From contig JAPOTI010000091.1 of the NCBI GenBank assembly GCA_026709265.1, positions 17,451-81,450 of the forward strand: DNA of 64,000 nt, given 5' to 3'. Positions within the stretch are counted from its first letter, which is position 1, and every line of letters starts with the position of its first letter. Shown piece by piece: positions 36,934-47,559 of the stretch. The DNA comes from Paracoccaceae bacterium (GTDB taxonomy: Bacteria; Pseudomonadota; Alphaproteobacteria; Rhodobacterales; Rhodobacteraceae). The notes below the pieces were generated by a model. That model was not told where the DNA came from. It saw only the letters and a program-made list of their open reading frames with translations, and made no database searches. Position numbers and translations under genes: made by a program.

Positions 36934-37007
36934 TGGAGCGGGTGATGGGAATCGAACCCACGTATTCAGCTTGGAAGGCTGCTGCTCTACCATTGAGCTA
37001 CACCCGC
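36934..37007 (-). tRNA. tRNA-Gly (anticodon TCC)
   Basis: The reverse complement folds as GCGGGTG...anticodon loop CTTCCAA...4-nt variable loop...GTGGG-TTCGATT-CCCAT-CACCCGC-T-CCA. The U73 discriminator and short variable loop are typical of tRNA-Gly. Confidence 0.85.
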
Positions 37008-37231
37008 AACGCGACTGCGTATAGTCTCGACCGGACGTTGCTTCAAGCCAATTTTGACCTGGGCCCTGTTGCGCCCATTGCGTGAGATCTCGGTCATGTG
37101 GTTCCCAATCGGCCCATGGTCCCGCATTCGGGCAAACAGGCACAGGCGTGGCTGCCTCAATCGACGCGTACCACAAGATCATTGCCGGCATGTCGCATCA
37201 CGGCCTCAGAATTTGTGACTTATGGAGATAA

Positions 37232-38296
37232 TTAATCGTCTGACGCGCCGGAGACCCCGGCTTCGGCGAAGGTCGCCATTCCCGTGTGACAGGCGAGAGC
37301 ACTGATCAGGATATGGATGGCGACCGCTGCACCTGACCCCTCACCAAGGCGCATGCCGGCATCGAGAAGGGGGGTCTTGCCGAGCTTCGATAAAAGCGCC
37401 CGATGCGCGGGTTCCGCCGACAGGTGCCCGGCGATCATGTGATCCATGATATCAGGAGCACAGGCGTGAAGACAGGCGGCAGCGGCGCAGCAGACATATC
37501 CGTCAAGCATGACCGGAATGCGCAACATGCGTGCGCGTGCCATGGCCCCGGCCATGGCAGCGATCTCGCGTCCACCAAGTGCCTGCAGGATTGCAAGTCC
37601 ATCTCTTGCCGAAAAGGGTCCGTTTGCTTTGAGCGCTGCGGTGACGACCTCCCGTTTACGCTGCAACCCGTCGTCATGGACTCCCGTTCCCGGTCCGACC
37701 CAATCTTCAGCCCGGCCTGCATAAAGTGCAAGGCAAATGGCGGCTGCCGAAGTCGTATTGCCGATCCCCATTTCGCCGCAGATCAACAGGCCAGCCTGCG
37801 ATCTGACTGAATTCCATCCGACGTTGAGAGCCGCAATGCACTCAGTTTCGGTCATCGCAGCGCCAACGGAGAGATCTGATGTTGGACGTTCTAAATCCAG
37901 TGGAAAGATGTCCAGTTGCGCCTGGGCCGTTTCTGCCAACTGGTTGATTGCTGCCCCACCGGCCGTGAAGTTCCTGACCATCTGCTCTGTGACATCGCCG
38001 GGATAGGCGGAGATACCGTGCCGCGTGACCCCATGATTGCCTGCAAAGATCACAATCTGTGGCGAAAGACTCTGCGGTGGGATGTGGCCTTGCCATGCCG
38101 CATACCAGATGGCCAGATCTTCGAGACGGCCCAGTGCCTCCTTTGGTTTTGTCAATTGCGCGTTGCGTTGCTCCGCTGCGCGCTTCTGGCTTGGATCAGC
38201 GACTGGCAGATGTTTGAGTAAAGCCGCGAACTCTGTTAGGTTCGTAAAGGCCGGTCCTGAGGATGGCTGTCCGGTGATTGGCAACGGTTGGGTCAT
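37232..38296 (-). CDS. cobT: Nicotinate-nucleotide--dimethylbenzimidazole phosphoribosyltransferase
   Basis: CobT blocks, including GEMGIGNTTSAAAI and the C-terminal GEGSGAAVA. Confidence 0.9.
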   Translation of the reverse strand: MTQPLPITGQPSSGPAFTNLTEFAALLKHLPVADPSQKRAAEQRNAQLTKPKEALGRLEDLAIWYAAWQGHIPPQSLSPQIVIFAGNHGVTRHGISAYPGDVTEQMVRNFTAGGAAINQLAETAQAQLDIFPLDLERPTSDLSVGAAMTETECIAALNVGWNSVRSQAGLLICGEMGIGNTTSAAAICLALYAGRAEDWVGPGTGVHDDGLQRKREVVTAALKANGPFSARDGLAILQALGGREIAAMAGAMARARMLRIPVMLDGYVCCAAAACLHACAPDIMDHMIAGHLSAEPAHRALLSKLGKTPLLDAGMRLGEGSGAAVAIHILISALACHTGMATFAEAGVSGASDD

Positions 38297-38317
38297 TATT
38301 TACCTGCTGTAGACTGA

Positions 38318-38414
38318 AGAGCTGATAAAGGTGAATTGACAGACCACATTATATTGCGCCAGTCTTTCGATCAAACGCATCATGCTGTATTCTGTCGACA
38401 ATTCTTGATATACC
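38318..38414 (+). mobile_element. Degenerate MITE, copy 2
   Basis: The core GTGAATTGACAGACCACATTATATTGCGCCAGTCTTTCGATCAAACGCATCATGCTGTATTCTGTCGAC aligns with copies 1 and 3. The termini are eroded and no clear TSD remains. Confidence 0.55.
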
Positions 38415-38436
38415 CGGCAAAGTCGGAGAGCAATGC

Positions 38437-39207
38437 ATGCTGTTAAGGAACAGATGGCTTAATTTCCCTGATCGTCTGGAAGATCTTGCGACAGCGACAA
38501 GTTTACTGACACGTTTTCCCATCACCACCGCACATCATGGTGACAATTTGGGAGAATCGGCATGGGCGTGGCCAGTCGTTGGTGCCATTGTCGGTTTGCT
38601 CACGGGGTTGATCGTTTGGCAGCTCCACAATGTTGGAATTGGCAGCAGTGCCGCTGTTGTCCTGGGTCTTATGGCCGCGATTCTGATGACCGGATGTCTC
38701 CATGAAGACGGTCTCGCCGATACGGTTGATGGTTTCTGGGGTGCCGACAATCCCAAGAGACGGCTGGAAATCATGAACGACAGCGGTATTGGTGCATTCG
38801 GGGCCTGTGCAATCGTGCTGATCCTGATGGCACGTTTCACGGCGACTGTCCAAATCATGGAAACACTCTCTCCGATCGCCGTGCTGGTCGCTTCGGGCGC
38901 AGTCTCGCGTGCGGTCATGCCAGTTTCACTTCACGTATTTCCGCTTGCCCGCAAGGATGGACTGGCGCGGCTCTGTGGACGCACTGACCTTGATGTGGTT
39001 TCCATCAGCGCAGCCATTGCCTTGTTTTTGACGATTATGGTGTTGGGTTGGTCTTCGATCGTTGCCATCATTACCGCCGCATTGGCGGGTTTCGCTGTCG
39101 GCGTATTGTCACAGCGCAAGATCGGTGGCATCTCCGGCGACACTCTTGGCTGCACGCAACAGGTCTCGGAGACCATTTTTTTGCTGACGCTGGTGATGAT
39201 TGTCTGA
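38437..39207 (+). CDS. cobS: Adenosylcobinamide-GDP ribazoletransferase (cobalamin synthase)
   Basis: Polytopic membrane protein with a CobS-like HEDGLADTVDGFWG motif. Divergent from cobT. Confidence 0.85.
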   Translation: MLLRNRWLNFPDRLEDLATATSLLTRFPITTAHHGDNLGESAWAWPVVGAIVGLLTGLIVWQLHNVGIGSSAAVVLGLMAAILMTGCLHEDGLADTVDGFWGADNPKRRLEIMNDSGIGAFGACAIVLILMARFTATVQIMETLSPIAVLVASGAVSRAVMPVSLHVFPLARKDGLARLCGRTDLDVVSISAAIALFLTIMVLGWSSIVAIITAALAGFAVGVLSQRKIGGISGDTLGCTQQVSETIFLLTLVMIV

Positions 39208-39270
39208 ATTGATATTCCCGCTTCGCGGTGAATGTCAGCAACTGTTGCGCAAGACTCCAGTTGTTTTTGA

Positions 39271-39780
39271 CTATAGTTTTCGTGCAACCAGGACCTTTTG
39301 CATCTTTTCACTGGCATCGTCCTGGCTGATACCGGTGACGACAGCGATTTCCCGTCCGAGTCGATCAAACGCCGATTCAAAAAGCTGGCGCTCCGAGTAA
39401 GATTGTTCGGTCTGATCATCGCGTCGATGGAGATCCCGGACCACTTCTGCGATCTGCATGATTTCTCCAGAATTGATCTTCTCATCAAATTCCTTTGCAC
39501 GGCGGGACCACATCAGTTTTTTTCGGACCGGCTTTCCCTTGAGGGTGGTCATTGCCTCTTCAACCTCGTTGGTCGAGGCCGTCTTGCGCATGCCGACTTC
39601 TTTTGCCTTCTTGGTCGGAACAAGAAGTGTCAATTTGTCCCGTTCGACATAGATCTCGAACATCTCGATCATGGTGCCGGCAATCTCCTGCTCTTCAATC
39701 TTGCGGATTTTCCCGACGCCATGCGAGGGATAGACGACATGTTGACCGACGCGGAAACCGCGTGCTCTTTTCTTGACCAT
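39271..39780 (-). CDS. carD: CarD/CdnL-family transcriptional regulator
   Basis: FRVGQHVVYPSHGVGKIRKIEEQEIAG...LLVPTKKA is the CarD N-terminal Tudor-like domain. Start at MVKKRARG (39780). Confidence 0.85.
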   Translation of the reverse strand: MVKKRARGFRVGQHVVYPSHGVGKIRKIEEQEIAGTMIEMFEIYVERDKLTLLVPTKKAKEVGMRKTASTNEVEEAMTTLKGKPVRKKLMWSRRAKEFDEKINSGEIMQIAEVVRDLHRRDDQTEQSYSERQLFESAFDRLGREIAVVTGISQDDASEKMQKVLVARKL

Positions 39781-39891
39781 TTTAGATATTTCCCCCGCTC
39801 CGTACGCGGTCTGTCCATCCACAGCACATCATGTCCAGGCCACGATTCAAGTCAAAAACAGGATTAAATACCAGGACGGCATCAGGGTCGT

Positions 39892-40230
39892 TCACGTTCC
39901 TTGGCCCGGTTTCTCGGAAAAGTACTTTTCCAGTTTTCCATCTTCACCTTCATGACTTTCCGCATCGGGTAACGGATCGCTTCGTTCAAAAATCACCGGC
40001 CAGATTTCTGAATATTTGCGATTGAATTCCACCCATGTTTCCATACCCGGCTCGGTGTCTGATCGGATCGCATCGACAGGGCATTCAGGCTCACAAACGC
40101 CACAATCAATGCATTCATCGGGGTGGATAACGAGCATATTTTCGCCTTCATAGAAGCAATCCACCGGGCAGACTTCGACACAGTCGGTATATTTGCAGGC
40201 AATACAACTGTCGATTACGACATAGGTCAT
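39892..40230 (-). CDS. fdxA: 7Fe ferredoxin (3Fe-4S/4Fe-4S)
   Basis: [29 protein letters not shown]...[16 protein letters not shown]. 112 aa. The track ORF is over-extended to 40584. Confidence 0.9.
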   Translation of the reverse strand: MTYVVIDSCIACKYTDCVEVCPVDCFYEGENMLVIHPDECIDCGVCEPECPVDAIRSDTEPGMETWVEFNRKYSEIWPVIFERSDPLPDAESHEGEDGKLEKYFSEKPGQGT

Positions 40231-40456
40231 TATGAATCCGCAAAGTGAGTGATCAACCGCAGTTAGGTAATGATTTTTGTTCCGCCAATCAAGTTCTGTA
40301 GGCATCTGTTTAGCGAACCGGCTTTCCATGCAGGTCATTCTTCTCGATAGCGATCTGCATCGATATCGTCTATGAAGACATGCAGCGCAGCAGCATATGG
40401 CTTTCAGTACCATTTGCTCAGCTGATTGTTGTGTCGCGAAATGAGCGGGGCGGCCC

Positions 40457-41491
40457 ATGACCGAGTCAATGCTTGCTGCAGTTCTGGTTAAACCGGGTCG
40501 CTTTGATTTGCGCGAAGTTGCACGTCCGGTTCCAGGGCCACATGAAGCCCTTATTCGCGTCGCACGTACCGGCATTTGTGGCACCGATATTCACATTTTT
40601 CACGGGCATTACGCAGCTGACAGGCTGCCGCTGATTCCGGGACATGAATTCACCGGGCATGTTACGGCATGCGGGCAGGACGTGACGAATTTGACCGAAG
40701 GTCAACCCGTTGTTGTCGATATGAATATCGGTTGCACGCGATGTTATTGGTGCCGCCAGAACGAAATTCTGAACTGTCCCGAGATGCAGCAGATTGGTAT
40801 CACCATTGACGGTGCTTTTGCCGAGTATCTTTCATTACCCGCAAGATTGGTCATTCCGGTCTCAGAAGAGGTGCCTGCCGAAACCCTGGCTTTGGCTGAA
40901 CCGTTATCCTGTGTCGTGCGCGCTGCCCGTAAATCATCAGTGACATTTGGTCGATCCGTCGTCATCATTGGCGCCGGGCCCATGGGTAATCTGCATGTTC
41001 AGCTGATGCGCACGATTGGCGCCGCCCCGATTATTGTCATGGATGTCGTGCAGCAGCGGGTCGATATGGCGCTCGAGGCCGGTGCTGACATTGGTGTGAC
41101 CGACCTGACAGAATTGCGAGATGCAATTGCACGGGCAACTGACGGGCGCGGTGCGGATATCGTCATTGAAAGCGTCGGTCGCCGTGATCTTTATGCCGAG
41201 GCGCAGACCTTGGCGCGTAAAGGCGGGCATTTGATGGCTTTTGGTTTGACCGGGCAGGGGGAGACACTCAATCTGGAAATTCTCTCGACGATTCTGGAGG
41301 AAAATTCGGTTCGTGGTTCGGTTGCTGGCATGGGCGAAGATATGCACGATGCCCTCACGCTTTTGACTCACAAGCGAATCAATACCGATTTCTTCACTAC
41401 ATCTGCTTGGCCGCTGACAGATATCCAGGCGGCATTCGACAGTTTTGCCGACCGGCCGCAAGATCTGAAGACTCAGATCGTGATGTCATAA
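40457..41491 (+). CDS. Zinc-dependent medium-chain alcohol/threonine-dehydrogenase-family oxidoreductase
   Basis: [16 protein letters not shown], structural-zinc CTRCYWC, GAGPMG Rossmann motif. Confidence 0.8.
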   Translation: MTESMLAAVLVKPGRFDLREVARPVPGPHEALIRVARTGICGTDIHIFHGHYAADRLPLIPGHEFTGHVTACGQDVTNLTEGQPVVVDMNIGCTRCYWCRQNEILNCPEMQQIGITIDGAFAEYLSLPARLVIPVSEEVPAETLALAEPLSCVVRAARKSSVTFGRSVVIIGAGPMGNLHVQLMRTIGAAPIIVMDVVQQRVDMALEAGADIGVTDLTELRDAIARATDGRGADIVIESVGRRDLYAEAQTLARKGGHLMAFGLTGQGETLNLEILSTILEENSVRGSVAGMGEDMHDALTLLTHKRINTDFFTTSAWPLTDIQAAFDSFADRPQDLKTQIVMS

Positions 41492-41888
41492 AAGCGTTTG
41501 AGAGGACGGCCATACAGTCCGATTGGCAGCTGAGGATCTGTACATCCTGCGGGAGCAAGGTCTGGGGACACGACCAGATCGAGTCCTTTGGCTCATTCCA
41601 GTTCGATCATGGCTGCCATCGGCGTGGCAACCAATGTCTGTTCGTTGGTTATGCATCCGGTTTTGAAACATTGCGGTGCAATTGCAGAAAGATATTTGAA
41701 TGGCTTGGCGCTGCTCGACCGTGGCGCGTCAATCAGCCCGGGAATTTGCGACACAGTTCAGGATCAAGCCGTGCGACAACCTGGTTTGATTTTTTGAACG
41801 AACCCGCATGATGGTGGGCGAACGGTGCGTATCCATCAGCCATCAGTCATGCTGCCAGAGATATGCAGCTGTATCACGAAACCATCTT

Positions 41889-44714
41889 TCACGGGTCGGG
41901 TGACTCTTTCAGACGGGCGAGGATTGCAAACGGGCTGTCGGGGTCCGGCGGTGCCGGTTCACGCAATTTCCGTTGTTTTGCGGGCTTGTCTTGTCCGGAC
42001 CCTTTCTGTTTGTGGCGTCGTCCGCGATCAGATTGACCAGCCGCTCGTTTACCAGGGCGTGTCTTGAACTTCCTGTTTGACGATTTTGGTTTCACCTTCC
42101 AGAGAAACCTGAACCAGTCCTCATATTCAACTTCAGCGGCAACGGCGGTTTTTTCATCGCGATGATCTGCGGTCGCAGCGGTGACCCTCTCAGGTTGGTT
42201 TGCATCGCGCGGCTGAGCTGGGCTGTCACTTGTCACCTGTGCTGATTGATCGTTTTCAGACTGCTGACTGCTGTTCTCGCTCTGCGGATCCAAGGGAGAT
42301 GACGGATCCTGTCGTGTCGGGGTCATGCGCCTCTTTTCGCGTCTGCCGCATTCCACCTGATAGCCAAGCCCTTTCATCAGATCGGCAAACCCGGCTACTG
42401 ACAGGCCGGTCAGAGACAGCATATCGGCGTCCGCCTCAAAGCCGCACCGGCTGTCTTTCTCACGCAACAAATTTGACAGTCGATCCAGCATGTCAATGCG
42501 GAGCGCACGCGCGCCGGCGGGGAAGTAACCTGCCACCAGATAATAGTCCTTGGCCAAATGATCTTCTGTGGGAATCGTGACATGCCCGGCAGGCGGAGGT
42601 GTCGGGACGTCGGCAATTTTTTCCTGCAGAGCCCACAACAACAGTCTGATGCGTGTGGATTCCGGCTTGAGAGCGGAGTGGATAAAAATGGTGTGCTGTC
42701 CGAATCGGACGCCATGCGCGCGCAGCAGCTTGCGATCATCCTGGCCCAGTGCCTTGAGGTCAGTGGCAATTTCCGTTCGCGCGAGCACGCCGAAAGATTC
42801 ATGAATTCGATATGCAATGCCGCGGGCAAGCCCGATAATGGTCTCATCTTTCCTGAGATTCAACAAGGATTCGCAATGGGTTGAAATCTTGTGGTCGATA
42901 TAGGCCCTGAGGCGCCGCGCAACCTGTTGCTTCGCCTGTTGTCCCGCCTCGTCATCAACAAACACTTCGATCTCGGGGCTGTAAAGGTCACCACCGGCAA
43001 CCAATTTGCCAACAGCGATGTCACCCCACATCAACCCGCCCTGATCCGTCAAGCCGATTTCATTATTGGGCGCGTTGGTAAATCGCAGCGCGCGTTTTGA
43101 TAATTCCTGGACGAGAGAATGGGTCGCTGCCTGACGCAAGGTCTTGGCCTCATCAATGGTCTTTGTTGCCCCAGGAAGAAACCGGAATCCCTCAATCCTG
43201 CCGATATTCTCTCCTTCAACGGTCAGCTGGCCCTGTTCACTTATTTCTGCCAAAAAATCTTCCTTTTTCTTCATATTTCGTATCAGCACGCTAATCCGGC
43301 GATCAACAAATCTGCGTGTCAGCCCCTCGTGAAGCGCGTCGGAAATCCTGTCCTCAACTGACCGGGTGCGCTCTCGCCAATAATCTGAATCCACGGTCCA
43401 GTTCGATTTCTGCGACAAATAGGTCCACGTTCGGACAAATGCGACTCGCCTTGACAGGGATTCGAGATCGCCATCGGTACGATCAATCCTTCTCACTTGA
43501 TGTTCCAGCCAGTCATCGGGAATGCAACCCGTTTCCTGCAAAAAGAAAAACAATTTTGCCAGCAGTTCACAATGGTAATGCCGGGATAATTTGCGAAAGT
43601 CAGGAATTTGGCAAATATCCCACAACAGCCTGACATCGTCAGAAGTGCCGAGACGGCTGCGAATTTCCGGCATGTCCGACATCATTTGCAGGGCCAGCGC
43701 ATCATCGGCATCACGGGCCAGCGCCAGCAATGGCGTGTCACTTGGCTGGTGCAATGATTCGATCAAGGTGTCCGTTGACTGGAAGGACAGTCTGTCGTTC
43801 CGCCATTGCAGGCATTTGAGAGGCCGGAAACGACTCGTCTCCACCGCCGATGCAAGCACGGAGTCGAAGGGTTCGGCACCCGCGGTGACACCAAAAGTAC
43901 CGTTGGTCCGATACCGCCCGGCACGACCTGCAATTTGGCCGATTTCGTGTGGGTGAAGCTGCCGCACGCGGCGGCCATCGAACTTGGCCAGTTCGGCAAA
44001 TCCCACATGGTCAATATCAAGATTCAACCCCATGCCAATCGCATCGGTTGCGACAAGCACCTCCACATCGCCGTTCTGATAGAGTTCGACCTGCGCATTG
44101 CGGGTTCGCGGACTGAGGGCACCGAGGACAACCGCCGCCCCGCCCCGTCTGCTGCGGAGCGTTTCTGCAATAGCATAGACTTCCTCAACGGAGAACGCGA
44201 CCACTGCCGTGCGTGCCTTGATGCGGGAGAGTTTCCTGCTGCCAACATAACTCAATTGCGACAGGCGCGTGCGCCGCTTGAACCGTGCTTCGGGTATCAG
44301 TTGTCCAATCAGGGGGCGCATTGTATCCGCACCAAGAAACATCGTTTCCCGTTGGCCACGCGCTGACAACAATCTCTGTGTAAAGACATGACCACGCTCA
44401 GGATCGCCGCAGAGTTGAATTTCATCGACAGCCAGAAAATCAACGCCAACTGACTGGGGCATGGCTTCGACAGTGCACACCCAGTAGCGAGTCTGTTTCG
44501 GGATAATACGTTCTTCGCCGGTCACCAGAGCGACAGATTGTGACCCTTGGGCGCGGCAAACACGTTCATAGACTTCACGCGCCAGGAGTCGAAGCGGCAG
44601 CCCAATCATCCCTGTCACATGGTTCAGCATTCGGTCAATCGCGTGCCAGGTCTTCCCGGTATTCGTGGGTCCCAGGACGGCAATCACGCGGCACGCGTCG
44701 GGCTCTGGTGGCAT
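41889..44714 (-). CDS. Suv3-like ATP-dependent helicase-related protein
   Basis: VIAVLGPTNTGKTWHAIDRM (Walker A), DEIQ box, helicase C-terminal motifs (IAGRAGR), and a long basic C-terminal tail. Confidence 0.8.
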   Translation of the reverse strand: MPPEPDACRVIAVLGPTNTGKTWHAIDRMLNHVTGMIGLPLRLLAREVYERVCRAQGSQSVALVTGEERIIPKQTRYWVCTVEAMPQSVGVDFLAVDEIQLCGDPERGHVFTQRLLSARGQRETMFLGADTMRPLIGQLIPEARFKRRTRLSQLSYVGSRKLSRIKARTAVVAFSVEEVYAIAETLRSRRGGAAVVLGALSPRTRNAQVELYQNGDVEVLVATDAIGMGLNLDIDHVGFAELAKFDGRRVRQLHPHEIGQIAGRAGRYRTNGTFGVTAGAEPFDSVLASAVETSRFRPLKCLQWRNDRLSFQSTDTLIESLHQPSDTPLLALARDADDALALQMMSDMPEIRSRLGTSDDVRLLWDICQIPDFRKLSRHYHCELLAKLFFFLQETGCIPDDWLEHQVRRIDRTDGDLESLSRRVAFVRTWTYLSQKSNWTVDSDYWRERTRSVEDRISDALHEGLTRRFVDRRISVLIRNMKKKEDFLAEISEQGQLTVEGENIGRIEGFRFLPGATKTIDEAKTLRQAATHSLVQELSKRALRFTNAPNNEIGLTDQGGLMWGDIAVGKLVAGGDLYSPEIEVFVDDEAGQQAKQQVARRLRAYIDHKISTHCESLLNLRKDETIIGLARGIAYRIHESFGVLARTEIATDLKALGQDDRKLLRAHGVRFGQHTIFIHSALKPESTRIRLLLWALQEKIADVPTPPPAGHVTIPTEDHLAKDYYLVAGYFPAGARALRIDMLDRLSNLLREKDSRCGFEADADMLSLTGLSVAGFADLMKGLGYQVECGRREKRRMTPTRQDPSSPLDPQSENSSQQSENDQSAQVTSDSPAQPRDANQPERVTAATADHRDEKTAVAAEVEYEDWFRFLWKVKPKSSNRKFKTRPGKRAAGQSDRGRRHKQKGSGQDKPAKQRKLREPAPPDPDSPFAILARLKESPDP

Positions 44715-44726
44715 GATTGTCGAACT

Positions 44727-45293
44727 TCAAACTGACGTGGCAGCGAGTTTCTGTCGCAGACGGTTCATCGTTTCTGTCAGGCCAGGCCGATTCGGTTGCA
44801 AGGCCTCGACATCCTGATAGATGCGGAGTGCCGCCTGATTGTCGCCAAGCTTTTCGTAGATCATCGCCAGACCCGACATCGCGCCGAAATGTCGTGGATT
44901 GAGTTGCAGGGTGATGGCAATATCCGAACGGGATTGTGCATATCTGCCCATGAGGAAATAGGTGGTTGCCCGTGCATTCCAACCCTCTGCGAATTCAGGA
45001 GCGCGACGGGTCAAGATGTTCAAATATCTCAGTGCCAGATTCAAACGACGCGCGGCCATGGCGCGGCGACCCAAATGTAAGAGCAGATTCAACTGCGGTG
45101 AGCCGGAATCCGACCATCGGGTAACGATCTGAGACTCAATGCGCAGGGATTCTTCGGGCGAAGCCGTCAGAAGGTCAATAAACAACTGGTCTGTAATCTC
45201 GTCGGCAGTACCCGTTGTTCCGTTCAGGAACACAGCCGAGGTTGCAAGAAGGAGGCCGGCACAGGCTGAACGCAGATCTGCCAAATCCAGCAT
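44727..45293 (-). CDS. Secreted tetratricopeptide-repeat protein
   Basis: N-terminal hydrophobic signal-like segment. TPR-like repeats (AEGWNARATTYFLMGRYAQSRSDIAITLQLNPRHFGA...). Confidence 0.7.
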   Translation of the reverse strand: MLDLADLRSACAGLLLATSAVFLNGTTGTADEITDQLFIDLLTASPEESLRIESQIVTRWSDSGSPQLNLLLHLGRRAMAARRLNLALRYLNILTRRAPEFAEGWNARATTYFLMGRYAQSRSDIAITLQLNPRHFGAMSGLAMIYEKLGDNQAALRIYQDVEALQPNRPGLTETMNRLRQKLAATSV

Positions 45294-45343
45294 TTCCGTC
45301 TCCTGTTCGCATGCGTTAAACCAATGCTATTGTCTTATGGAAC

Positions 45344-45640
45344 ATGGAATTGTCCATGACTGCAAGTCTATCCGACGCCAAACGCGCCCTCGAGCGGGTT
45401 TTCCCCGGGGGGTTTGACGGATGCGTGACATTTCATATTGAAGATCTTGGGATCCTGACCCTGGATTCACGTGGCGTGCATTTGGGTGCAAGACGCGCGG
45501 ATACCATTTTGCGTGCCGATGCCAGGACATTTGCCGCTATCCTGTCCGGACGAAAGAACCCGATGCAGCTTTATCTCAAGAATGGCCTCAAGATTGAAGG
45601 AGATCTCAAGATTGCCATGCAGCTTGCGCGTCAATTGTGA
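45344..45640 (+). CDS. SCP2 sterol-binding-domain protein
   Basis: ILRADARTFAAILSGRKNPMQLYLKNGLKIEGDLKIAMQLARQL is a typical SCP2 C-terminus. Confidence 0.7.
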   Translation: MELSMTASLSDAKRALERVFPGGFDGCVTFHIEDLGILTLDSRGVHLGARRADTILRADARTFAAILSGRKNPMQLYLKNGLKIEGDLKIAMQLARQL

Positions 45641-45830
45641 TCTCGGCACCAGGCATATGCGGCAGTTCGGGTCTGTCACCGCGACGAGTGATCGTGTCAA
45701 TAAAGCTGACAGCACCTGCGGCATGATTGCGGATCAGAACTGCGCCAGGGGCCGGCGTCGGATCGGTTTTGTCCCTGAGTTCCAGAACATCCCGGCTGCC
45801 GGTCCCGGGAATGACGATTGCTTGCCCCAT
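45606..45830 (-). pseudogene. N-terminal remnant of an NADPH:quinone oxidoreductase-like (MDR) gene
   Basis: MGQAIVIPGTGSRDVLELRDKTDPTPAPGAVLIRNHAAGAVSFIDTITRRGDRPELPHMPGAE then terminates. Only about 70 of the expected ~325 residues remain. The 3' end overlaps the SCP2 gene. Confidence 0.5.
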
Positions 45831-46385
45831 CGGAAACCCCTTGTTTGCGAATGAAGCGAAGGGGCTCAAGACATGGATGCTTTGCGGGACTCTCCCATTA
45901 CGCACGAAAGGGGCAAAAAAGGGTGCCCCGAGCCTGCACATCCAGTATCGGTCCCGCTCCCGGCATCAATAGCAGAGCAAATGCTGGATGATGCAATTGA
46001 CTCCATGACGAAGAATTGATCAGGAGACGTATCTGAGGAACGAATCCAGGCCCACCCTGATGCCAAAACACTCCACCCCCATGTGCCGCTCCTCTACGAG
46101 GTGGCCGTGTCGTTTTTCGACATGGCCAAAGAAAACCTCGAGCGGTTTCTGCACGCAATTGATGGATACAGGGAGTGAGAGGTTGACTCGCAGGATCGAC
46201 CGGGTCTGCCCCTCTTTGTTCACCCTTGGCGGAACTGAACATGCAGACTATACGATGCCCCATGAAATACAATTCTCGAGGCCACTCCGGGCTTCCCTGA
46301 TAGAAAATCCGCAACATGTTGCGCTCGAGCTCACTCTGTTTCACTCTTTAGCCGGGCCAGACTTGTGCCTCCCGCGTTGATCGCG

Positions 46386-47204
46386 TCAACCGTTCCCTGC
46401 ATTCAACACCTCAAGTGCCAAACGGTGTAACCTGACATTGGCAGCTGCGATGATTTGTCCTCCATGGTGGGCGGGGCCGCCGCTCCAGTCAGTCACGACT
46501 CCGCCTGCAGCCGTGACGACAGCAATCGGCGCGTGCACGTCGTAAGGCGCCAACCCAGCCTCGACAACAAGGTCAATCTGGCCAATTGCGGTGAGCGCGT
46601 AACTATAGCAGTCAAGTCCATATCGCGTGATTCGTGTCATCCCGGCGAGCCGCTCAAAGGCCTGTCTCTCTGCATCGGTCCCGACTTCAGGAAATGTTGT
46701 GAACAAGGCTGCATCCCGCAGCCGGGAGGTTTCTCGGGTGGCGAACGCACGTTTGGCACCATGACCATGCATGACTGCGCGGCCGAATCCACCTTCATAT
46801 CTTTCGCCGATATATGGCTGATCGATAATTCCGAAGAGGGGGGCGCAATCATCGGATACGCTGATCAACACTCCCCAAACAGGTGTCCCACATATGAAAG
46901 AACGGGTGCCATCAATGGGGTCAAGAATCCAGGTCAGCCCCGAGTGGCTTTCCACATTGGCGAATTCTTCTCCCAGGATGCCATCGTCCGGTCGACGGCG
47001 AGACAGGATTTCGCGCATCGCCAACTCGCACTGCCGGTCAGCCTCTGTCACCGGATCCCAATCCTGTTTGGACTTGTTCTCGGAACTCAAGGAAGGTGAG
47101 CGAAAATGCCGGAGGGTGACCTGGCGCGCTGTGTCGGCAAGCGTGTGCGCAACATCCACAAGCTCTGTTTCCAGCTGCGAATCGAGACGTCGTGGTGCGA
47201 TCAC
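46386..47204 (-). CDS. Inositol-monophosphatase-family protein (HisN-like histidinol-phosphatase candidate)
   Basis: IMPase motifs: DPVTEADR, WILDPIDGTRSF, GLDCYSYALTAIGQIDLVVE. Confidence 0.8.
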   Translation of the reverse strand: MIAPRRLDSQLETELVDVAHTLADTARQVTLRHFRSPSLSSENKSKQDWDPVTEADRQCELAMREILSRRRPDDGILGEEFANVESHSGLTWILDPIDGTRSFICGTPVWGVLISVSDDCAPLFGIIDQPYIGERYEGGFGRAVMHGHGAKRAFATRETSRLRDAALFTTFPEVGTDAERQAFERLAGMTRITRYGLDCYSYALTAIGQIDLVVEAGLAPYDVHAPIAVVTAAGGVVTDWSGGPAHHGGQIIAAANVRLHRLALEVLNAGNG

Positions 47205-47559
47205 TCCGCCTTCTCCTGTCTCCGACCGGGAATCATAGGGTCTCCCGAGTGATCATAGGTTCGAATGAGTTCAATGAACACAGCCATAATGGGGTTCATA
47301 CACCCATAATCACTGGATCTCACGATGAGAATTCCACCGGCGATGACAGATGCGCAATACAATCGGATACGCCACGCGTTGCTTCGGCTCGGATTTCACG
47401 GCCCGGAAAGCAAGGGAGGTTTCAACATATTCTGATGCCTGAATTATCGTACGAATCTGTGGACGTGATCGGGTGGCATCTTGAAATCGATGCGTCTTGG
47501 TGCCATATTGTTGGCAAGAAATTCTATTGCGAGTCAATGTGAGATACTGGAGAACAGAA

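Noticed and set aside
36934-37007. First read as tRNA-Trp because CCA occurs in the anticodon loop
   Set aside because: Counting positions places TCC at 34-36 in the loop CTTCCAA. The 4-nt variable loop and U73 discriminator also fit tRNA-Gly.
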